Part shown: one piece after another, positions 54,347-64,000 of the stretch
How positions within the stretch are numbered: the first letter of the stretch is position 1
Layout: every line of letters starts with the position of its first letter
Source of the DNA: Lytechinus pictus
Taxonomy: Eukaryota
Assembly (NCBI RefSeq): GCF_037042905.1
Contig: NC_087251.1
Coordinates: 12,588,001 to 12,652,000 of the forward strand
DNA: 64,000 nucleotides
Reading direction: 5' to 3'
Notes under the pieces: generated by a model
Told to the model about the DNA's origin: nothing
What the model saw: only the letters and a program-made list of their open reading frames with translations
Database searches by the model: none
Program-made: the position numbers and the translations under genes

Positions 54347-54665
54347 GGGGGGCAATGTGGTCTAGTGGTTACGACTCTCATCTTTCAATCTGAGGGACAT
54401 GGGTTCGATTCTCAGTCATGGCATGTGTTCCTTCAACAAGAAATTTACCTAAATTGTGCTGCACTCAACACAGGTGAGGTGAATGGGTACCTGGTAGGAA
54501 AAATATTTCATCAAATGCTTGAGCACCTACTGTATAGACGGAGCAGCTTAAGTGGGAATAATAACAATATCATGTTAATCAGACAATCAGGGCCCGTTGG
54601 TTGAACCGTTTCAGAAATGAAGTGACTACCCTTCATAAATATGATGTTATTTCTATAATTATTAA
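54347..54665 (+). mobile_element. tRNA-derived SINE, diverged
   Basis: A box TGGTCTAGTGG (54358-54368) and B box GGTTCGATTCT (54402-54412). The central GCTGCACTCAACACAGGTGAGGTGAATGGGTACC resembles echinoderm/metazoan SINE core domains as I recall them. The tail is AT-rich and the 3' boundary is approximate. Confidence 0.75.
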
Positions 54666-56652
54666 CAATTTTACAATTATGCAGGTCAATTTATAGCACA
54701 AATATTAATTATGAATCCTGCAAGCAATCCCATTATTCAAAACTGACTGCCAGTCTACTTCTTAAATTGATTTTCCAGTTAAAATTGATAGATCAAACAC
54801 AGATTTAAAATGAACAACTTCACCACCCCCCCCCCCTCTAGTTTCTAGGGAGAGTCTATTTTCCCATATGTTTTGTAACACATATGGTAATGTTAGCTAG
54901 TGTTCACATTTTGAAACAAATAACATACAAAGTAAAGACATAAGTAGTGAACTTGCATCCATGAGAAAATGAGATATGAGCAATATTTTTCAATTCCTCT
55001 CATGAACACATGAAAAATCACAAGGACGACAGGAGCAGTTGAAAGATTTGGAGCGTTACCATTGCAAATTTGGCCAGTAAACGAGCACGCTGGGTTCCAG
55101 ATGGTTAATAGCCAATCACATGCTGGTTACCAAATGCATGACAGCCCTCCCGTGACTGGAAAAACCTCCAAATTTTCTAATTTTACAGAAAAAACACCCA
55201 GATCCGAACAGACAAAACAAGTGCCTGGGAATTAATATAGCAGATGTAAGAGAGATCATTGATGGTGGATGATGAAAACAAGACTTAGAGACCTAAATCA
55301 TTGAATGGCTGAGAGCAGCGTTGGCATGAAATAGAAAATTAATAATTATCTAAAAAGGTGACAAAGTTATTTGGGGCCCTGTATTTTTTATTTCAAAATG
55401 CCTTGTGACAAGAACTACTTTTATATGTCTGTTCTTATCCTTAAATTAATAACTAGAAATTTATTCACATAAGTTTGTCTAAGTAACCTCGTTTTCTATC
55501 TTTTGTTGGAACATTAACAATTTATTGTCTATGTTTAAAGCTGCAAGTATTTAATAGCAATTCTAATTTAAAAAGATAACATCAATCCATCACGTCTTTG
55601 GAACTAATGCCCCCAAATTATACCTCAACTGACCTATTAAAAAAAAATTTGAAATATAGTTTTACAAGGTTGAATTTGTACAGTTGGCAGTAATTACAAC
55701 TTGCATTCCCTGGAAAATGGATAGTATAAATCCAGTTATTAGATCATTATCATATATCTGGCATTTTTTCAAAACCATGTCTGACACATTATTCCTCCTT
55801 GTGTACGTATTGAAATAAAATGACTCTTCTTTTACAAAAAAACAATGCACTTTCTTCAGCCCCATATTACAAACTTGGCTGTCTTTGACAGACGTATTGT
55901 CAATGCCTTCTCATTTTAAATGCATTATGTTCAAATTCACACTTGCGTGAGTGACTGTAATAAGACTCCCCATGGACAGGACATCAAATTATACATGCAT
56001 GTAGCATTTCAGAACTTGCACTTCCTCTTTTAAAGTGCAAACAAAATGATATTACAGCCAAAGACTCACTTCTAAATTGAAAAAAAAAATGTTAATAGTT
56101 ACAATATTCTAATCAAGCAAACAATTTATGAGGTTACAAATAAAAGGCATATAATTCAGAGTTACAATACGGGTTTAGCCCATTGGTAGTTTGGGGTATT
56201 TTACCCATCTTATTGCTTACTAAATTTACATTGGGAACCTATTGGCATCGGATGTCAAGCTACATATTGCTACTCTTCTGAGTGTGAATGCTTCCGTCTT
56301 AAGTTGGTCAGTCCCCTGTAAAATCTGTCCTAAAGTAAACTTAAATCACCTTTGACGATGGTTTCTTCTGGCTTCATGAGCAGCATAATCTGTATACTCA
56401 GCCACTGAAAATACATGTAAGGCAGGTTTGGAAGTTCTTAGGTGTACACTACCAACATCCAATCATATAAACACATCTTCACATGATCCTTCTAACAATG
56501 CTAACTCTGTTCACACTATGCAGTAGTTAGACATCTGATGACAACCCTGATACCTACGGATCATCGTTCAAAAAGATATTTTGTCCACCGTCCTCATTTT
56601 AGCTTTACACATACAAACACACACACAAATACAAAAACACAAATGTCCTCAC

Positions 56653-56845
56653 CTCTGGATTGCCTCCGACCATGATATTGGTAGACTCTAGCCTGGTGTG
56701 GACCACGTTGTTCTCATGGAGAAAGGCCAGACCCTGTGATATCTGACAGGACAGGGAGTGCAGTATGGACTCACTGAACTTGTCCAGGAACTTTGGAAGG
56801 AACTGCTGCAGGCAGCCATGCTGGTAGTAGGTGGTGCAGATGTAT
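56653..56845 (-). CDS. Internal coding exon of a protein kinase-fold (pseudokinase-like) gene, subdomains V-VIb
   Basis: Acceptor CTGCATCTCTCTCAG|A and donor GAG|GTGAG bound 193 nt (1 nt + 64 codons): YICTTYYQHGCLQQFLPKFLDKFSESILHSLSCQISQGLAFLHENNVVHTRLESTNIMVGGNPE. This matches the kinase pattern y..G.L..fl ... QI..GL.fLH...vvH.L...NI.v. GC is elevated relative to the flanks. Confidence 0.9.
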
Positions 56846-56929
56846 CTGAGAGAGATGCAGACAAATAAATTTTCTGTTAGATATGAGGAGGAAGAGGACA
56901 CTTGTGATGAAGTAATGTAGAACATTATA

Positions 56930-57270
56930 AATGAAGATGGTGATGGTGGTTGTGATGATCAACAATATTGATGATGACAATCATGATGATTATGATGATA
57001 ATGATGATGATGATATTTTGGTGGTGATGATGAGGATGATGTCGGCAACAATGGTGGTGGTGGTGTAGGTGATGATGATCATGATGTTGATGATAACGAT
57101 GATGATAATGATGCAACAATGAGTTATGTTGCTGGCTAAGGAGCTGGTGAAAATGATAAAGTTAATGATGACCTTAATAATGTTATAATGATGGTTATCT
57201 TGATGATGATGATGGTGATGAAGATGGGGATGATGATAAGGATGTTGATGACTATGGTGGTGGTGATGAT
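56930..57270 (+). repeat. Degenerate (GAT/GGT)n microsatellite
   Basis: GATGAT/GGTGGT triplets just upstream (in gene sense) of the exon acceptor. Confidence 0.9.
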
Positions 57271-60200
57271 GTGCAAATAATAGTCTAATAAATCACAGTT
57301 AAACAATTGTTACAACCGCAATCCAAGCAAAGGATAATTTACCTCAAGATCTTCCCTCATCCATCTAAAGAAGATGTGAAAATAGTAAATCGATCTTAAG
57401 ATGCAAAACAATATTAAACAACCCCCAACTAAGAGTTGCCTTCTGTCAAAATCAAATACGCTTCATTGCATCACACAGACCATGACAACTTGAAAAGTAC
57501 TAACATCCATATCAATCTAAACTGCATGATCTAGCACACTTCAAGAAGTTCTATAAATATTAGTCCACTCAATTATGATCTCCTAATATCAACCAGTGCA
57601 TATACACAACTTTAATTTGTTGGATTTTACTCATCTCAAGTTTATATCATTAAACATATTTCATGAAAAATACAATTTAATACAGATAGAATGGTTGCAG
57701 ATTAACATCAAAATGTTCAAAAGTAAAAGTGCTATGACTTATCTTCAGTGTATATTAAATATTTTATATTTGGCCAAACATTCATGTAAATGTCAGGTGT
57801 GGTATATCAGGAAGCTATCTTAAAAAAAAATATAAAATCACATCACAATAAAAACAGTTGATAGTCAGGAAAATTTTGTATGCTAGGCAAGGAAAAATAA
57901 TGTAAAAGGGGCAGCAAGAATTGCCTTCTGGCTTCAAACAACAAGAATCATTTATCGCCTTTTCAAGAACACAATCTTTTCAAACATTTCTTCACCAAAA
58001 ATTGGTACAATTGTCAAAGAAAATGGAAAAAGATGTTTTTAGAAAGACAAAGATAAACATTAAATCCACTTGCAGTCTCCATTTTGTTTTCATCAAGCCA
58101 GGGGTTGTTTATCTAGCTACTGAGTAATCTGTTTATTCTTCAGTTTATTCTTTCTCAGTTGACTGCTATGTAATATAGAAATGAAAGTTTTAAAGGGGTA
58201 GTTGTAAATGTATGTTTGTTAGTTCACATGATAAATTCCCTGTTGCACAAAATATATCTAGGTCATCCCCCTTACTCTTTACATAAAACTTTTCATTTAG
58301 GACCTTTTGGGGTTTTTATGTACTGTGTTTTCGGGTTGGAAATTCATTTTAAAATTCTGATTTTTATTCATATTGATAGTTTTTCCAAAGTATTTTGATG
58401 TACTTATAGCTATATAAAAAACACTGAGAAAGAAATAGTCCAAAGATTTCATGATTGTCTGTTTAATTGGAAGATTGGTACCTGTTGAAAGAAAAGCAAT
58501 TACACAATAAAATAAATATTGATTTTCTCCTGATTATTGCACTTCTGACAACAGAGCTATTTCGGAACTGTGTTTTCATAAAAAGGGATTTCAACACCAA
58601 ATAATATAGGTGACGAAATATACATTACTTCACAATAATCACTAATCCCTTTCCTCTAATTATAACAAATTGTGATCCAAGGCAATAAATTCTAATCACA
58701 CAACATACTTTCATCTTCTCTCAGAAGCAATAATTAGTGCCTGGATGTCGACACAAATATGACTTACATTTTGCCAATTCTGATGAATATTCCAATACGC
58801 CTTTAATCTCGATCCTGACCCATATTGCCTTGTTTCCCCAGGGTATACTCAGAACAAAGATTGGATTCATTTCATAGCGATGCATCTCTATACACTCTAA
58901 ATTATGAAATTCTTTCTCACCAATTTCACTTTAATTCAGATTGCTTTTCAGTGAAGCTAGGATCACGCAGTTCAAAGCTTGCTTTTTCATTGTATGTCAT
59001 TGGGTCAAGCTCCATATTTTTGCTCCTCAATAACAAGTGAGCAACTTTTGCATTTTTTTCCCATTTTCTTTTTGTCAATATTATTTTTCACATTTGGAAG
59101 CATCAGTTTTTTATCTCATTGTGGACTTTAAACAACTTTTCTTATCATGTCCATTCCTTCCATTCTTAGTTCTCTCTTTGAATTTTTTGTCACTCTCCCT
59201 TTCTCTTTCATCCTACCTCCGTCTGTCTACCTGAATTAATTTCCTTTCTTTCAATTAAGTCTCTCTTTCTTTCTAGTAATACATCTATCTATGTATCTAC
59301 CTTCCAATCTTTTTATTTAGATATATCTAAATACAGATCTATATATTTCTTATCATCCTTAAAAACAACCACTAAGCATTATATTTCTTTGTAATTTGTT
59401 CAACTTTCATAGCTTCATTTGGCAGTTTTTCTTGTTTTAATTTCTCCCCTCTTCCCAAAATTTATACATGCCTTCTTTCTATTTTTACTTCAAGAGTGTG
59501 ACATCCTATATCTCTGCAGCCATTCATTGATGTTTTCCTTGGCGATGAATGGAACATTTCTAACGTAAACATTACTCCACTTCTCCAATTCTACCAAGCA
59601 CTTCATATGAAAGTTAGATTTCCTTCATGACTTGCAGATGTTCCTGTTAGCGACAGATCAATATCAGCTTTCCTGGTTTGCAATTTATCAACGTTTACTG
59701 CAGCCTCATCTGCTGCTACCATGGAAAGGTATACCAATTTGGTTCTAGTAGGTCCATGTTTGAATCATGAGGAGTGTTGTGAAAACACATCACATAGCCC
59801 ATTCTTTTTCTTAAATGCTTGTTTTATGCTTGATTATAGCAATAAAACATCGAAACGTTCCCTTCATACTATAAACAAACTGATTGTGTTATAACCCTCT
59901 ATTTCCATATGTCAACTCAGTCTGGAAGGGATTGCTTTTTCCCCCTCCAGAATCAGAAAGTGTGAGAGATCCAATCATGTAGATGAACATGTATGTGTAC
60001 AACTATAATGTAGCTAAACACAAATCTGAAGCAGCCTTTTTTACATCAGAAACTAATCCTAAATCTGCATCCAAGCTTTTTCAAAGGTTAAGTATAATTT
60101 TGTAAGAGACTGAAGTTGACCTGGTAAAGAGCAAGGTCTTCCTTCTATTCATGGATTTTCAATAAGATGTACTCCACATTGCCATTCAATCATATTTAAT

Positions 60201-61719
60201 AATTGCTTTTATAACCAGGTAGATCACTCATCACTTCAAAATATGCAGGCAATAGTATGAATTATAAACTCTCTTTAAGAATGTCGAATAGTGAAATATT
60301 CCACAGTTCTGCTGAATACACATTGTACACAAATTTGCAATATTGCATATTGCACATCACACATCTGGGCCAATGATCTCATCTCAAATATTATACATCA
60401 CTCAACACTTCATATGGAGCCTGAATATAATAGCCTGAATTCGCTGAATCTCCAAATTTTAGGTCACATCAGTCCTCATCAAGATTAATCTAACAGTTCA
60501 AGAAATACTCAAATAAAACAACATTTTTATTCCTATCGCCCACAACCAAGGTAAAAAAAAAATCTCACTTGAATGCCAATGTGACCTTCAAAGCACAAAC
60601 TATTTCTTTTCTTTTTTTATGGCCCTTTTCTGCACATACATGATACCTTCTACAACAAAATTTTCTATTCAATCTGCAAACATGTTATACAGTATTTGAC
60701 TATTTCTTTGTTCTTGAAATACCAGGCTGCAGAAAACACCTTTTCTTCAAAAAGTTATGATATAATGTTTACACCATATAGCCTTTGTCCCAAGTCTATC
60801 TACATGTTATGTAGATATAAAGGAGATATAAATATATATTACATTAAATCACTTTTTATTATTCATCCATCCCATGTGCAATTCATTAAAAATTGTCAAC
60901 GTGTATGTACTTCAGATTCTTAAGTTTCAATTCAAATGTGCATAAGCTGTCCTTATAATCAGCTCAGTTTCTTTACACCGTCACTGACATGTACGTTCTA
61001 ACAAAATATCAATGTCTCAACATGTATTCCAGAACAGAAACAACTGGTTGTTGCATATTGAATGCAGACATCACCCAGTTCTGTTATCTAAAAATATAAG
61101 ATTACACATTGCAATATTTCATCAATCTTGGTGACTTGCACATCATTCAGCACTTCTGAGGGACTTGAAGACATCACCCATGTCTTAAGCCCGCACCTTC
61201 GACAGACGAAGGTGTGAACGGATAAAACATGGTTCATGTTTTCCCAATAATTTCCTTCTTCCTCTGCAGAGGAAACTATACAAGAAGTTCCTGAGTAACT
61301 GTTACGTTTCTGACAGGAAGCAAAACGCTAATCCTTAGACACGACTGAGGTGGCAGACAATGCAATGTGATAGATGAGGACAATCAAGGCTCGTTCATAC
61401 TATCTCTATTTTGTTTAAGTAGGCCTATTAAAAGGAGGTAAGACAGCAATAATCTAATAACCTATCTGTTTAATACCACCATGAAGAACACCAAAATTTT
61501 GTGCAAGATCATCAAGTTCATGGAGGTATTATTCAATGTTGATCCTTGAATCATTTAGATCAGTTCAAAGTCTTAAATCTAAATTGAACAGATCCAAATT
61601 GAATCACTCCAGCTTGGGTCAGTCCATGGAGGTAGTAAGAAAGTGACTGTGAGTGTGAACACACTTCAAAGACATAGTAGACAACAAAACATTGCTCCTT
61701 ACAGGATACTCAGTTGACC

Positions 61720-62561
61720 CATGGACCTATTACGAATGGACATTCAACGAATCCCCTCCTTTGACACAGAGACCGTCGCCGCTAATCCTTTTATAAACAG
61801 AGCGCTGGCAGCTGACACCCATCAAGCCGGTCGTAAAACATGCTCTCACTGATTGACAGCGGAAATCAATTGTACGCTGCTCCTACCCATTGCGATGTTG
61901 TTCGTTCACTTTATCAAAAGCAACGCACAGCAGCGAACGTTAGCGCTATGAAAATGATAGCAGAAACAAGAAAACAGGCGTGCATAAACGTATTTTTTAC
62001 GTACATCGCTAACAACCGGAAATGAAATGCATTGACATCACCTTGCAGATCCGTATATCTACGGCAAAAAAGCAGTTGAAATTCGACGAAAAAATCTGCG
62101 GAAAAACGTTAAAATCTCAGCTTTTTCGGACAGTATCGATGTCGATAGTAGCGCTTACCTTCGGTCAGAAGTTGATTTTCATTTGGGCATAAAATTCCAC
62201 AGGATTGATGAAATTTAACGGGATTTTTTTTGATGGACAGACGACAATCGCACATTATAGAGAGCCTAAAATAATGTACTGAAAAACCGGATATGAATTG
62301 CGCATTGCATTCTAGGTAATGTAAGGACTGTCCCTATTGGCAATCGGGGCTACAACATGACCGTCTTTGGTCGAAAGAGGGCCAGTGATCGATCGGTGAC
62401 GATCATCGGGCGAAAGGAGCTTGTGTAAACAATCACCCCGGGCGGTCGTTGTAAAAACCGCGTAAAGAGAAAGTTAAGGGTTAGACAGCAATTTTGACAG
62501 CTGGAAACAGGTGGTGGTCATAAAATGCTCTCGTTGAATGTCCATTCGTAATAGGTCCATG
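61720..62561. mobile_element. P-element-superfamily-like non-autonomous element (842 bp)
   Basis: Perfect 31-bp TIRs CATGGACCTATTACGAATGGACATTCAACGA (61720-61750 and 62531-62561), CAT..ATG termini, a 7-bp direct flank GTTGACC (61713-61719, 62562-62568), and a CpG-rich interior. Confidence 0.85.
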
Positions 62562-62738
62562 GTTGACCCAAGTGTGAACATCAAAATCCTGTTGTGTTAT
62601 GGCTTCAAAACAATAACATTATTACAAGGATAGGATATACAGGTGAAACCACATTCATGGTCACCTTGAACAGTCATGGCCACCTTGAAATTGAGTTTGT
62701 ACATGTATGTACAAGTAATGTACTTCCTTGGGACTTAA

Positions 62739-63133
62739 AGGTAAATGCTAGTTTTGGTAACGATATCAAAATGAGTTCGTACAGAATCCAATGAAATGAC
62801 CACCAAAGTGTTGAATTGTATAAATAAAACGCATGTGCCAAAGGATTCTGCAAGAAATTGTGTAATTGCTGAGAAATCAGCACATAAGCACAGGATTCGG
62901 GTAGAGCGTCGGGCCCGACGCTCAAAGCAATAATTATACACTGTCCCACGTGCGCTTATCTGTGTTGGGGAAGTTCAGTCTGAACATTTTTCAGCGTAGA
63001 TTTCAAGATTTCACAAAGTTCAGTTTATGTAACTGTACCAGATCTAGATCCTCGATGATATACTGACAATTAAGCCTGGTTTTACAGACTTTCTCATGAA
63101 ATCAGTGTTTACTGCAACTACTGGAATTTCTCT
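62739..63133. mobile_element. Kolobok-like MITE
   Basis: TTAA flanks (62735-62738, 63134-63137). Termini are imperfect: AGGTAAATGCTAGT on the left versus reverse-complemented AGAGAAATTCCAGT on the right. A perfect 20-bp palindrome GAGCGTCGGGCCCGACGCTC lies at 62904-62923. Confidence 0.65.
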
Positions 63134-64000
63134 TTAAAGACTTCCTCTAAAAGAATGCCTTCAAAGAAAATGAAAAAACAGAGGCAAGTAAAAAGATATC
63201 TGATCAGTCAACAAACCTCATGGTCATAATAAAGTGTAAAATTCTAATTAGTTGCAATAAGATGACTATCAAAATGGAAACATGATGGACTTTATTAATG
63301 CACAGAGAAATGAATGACCCAGGGCTTTTCTTCAAAATAAATCATGGCATAATGAAAATAAAGAGATCAACAACAAAATTGCAAAAGCTAGCCAATACAG
63401 TTTTAGAAAGAGTAAATTTTCCAAATGCTAAAAATAAACAGAAAATGAAAAAAAAAGAGAAAAGCTTAACTCTGCATAATTTAGACTTGTCATCCCAGCA
63501 CACTGAAGATTATTAGTATTAAAAAATTTCTGTGCATATATTATTTTAAATACATAATAGTTTTTCAAGCAATATTGCTACTACTATTGATATCGCATTT
63601 GTAATATGATATATTCATACATTGTTGATTAAAATTAAAGTTCAATTATATACAGTACATAAATATAAAAAAGTTACATTGTATTCACTTCTCAGCAATC
63701 AAAATGTGAACTTTTCAAAGTTATAAAACCAACATGATGTGGTTCAGGGCCTGTTTAACAAACCTCACAGAACAATTTCCATTTCTATAACACATGTTTC
63801 TCCATGTATAGTAAACCATGATGATAGACTCCTAAAGAAATCATGGCCTAAGTCTAATAAGCACACATAAGGAGCTTTAACCTTTCCAAAATAAATCAAA
63901 TCATGCCATCTTCAACATGATGACCTAACTTCTAAATCTGATTGTATGAAAGTATGATATTGACGTTTGTTTTGATTCTCATCTACAAGATGATAAATGC

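Overview
AT-rich eukaryotic genomic DNA. The repeat content suggests an invertebrate deuterostome, probably a sea urchin (inference). Only one coding exon is well supported: 56653-56845 on the minus strand, 193 nt, with a canonical AG/GT pair. It encodes kinase subdomains V-VIb with a degenerate catalytic loop (HTRLESTN), which points to a pseudokinase. No further exon was recognised, so most of the window is probably intron, including about 56 kb downstream of the exon. The other ORFs in the track look like spurious or low-complexity frames. The window carries many non-autonomous DNA transposons (Harbinger-, piggyBac-, Kolobok-, P- and Crypton-like), a tRNA-derived SINE, microsatellites and a tandem duplication. 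Two elements stand out. (1) A ~180-bp SINE-like element with a 7SL/Alu-like head, a B box, a Deu/Nin-like core, a 3' stem-loop and a (CA)n tail, nested inside a piggyBac-like element. (2) A 73-bp insertion flanked by a 15-bp direct repeat and built around a minimal hammerhead-ribozyme-like fold, in the sense orientation of the host intron. Family assignments rest on terminal signatures and recalled consensus motifs, not on database searches.
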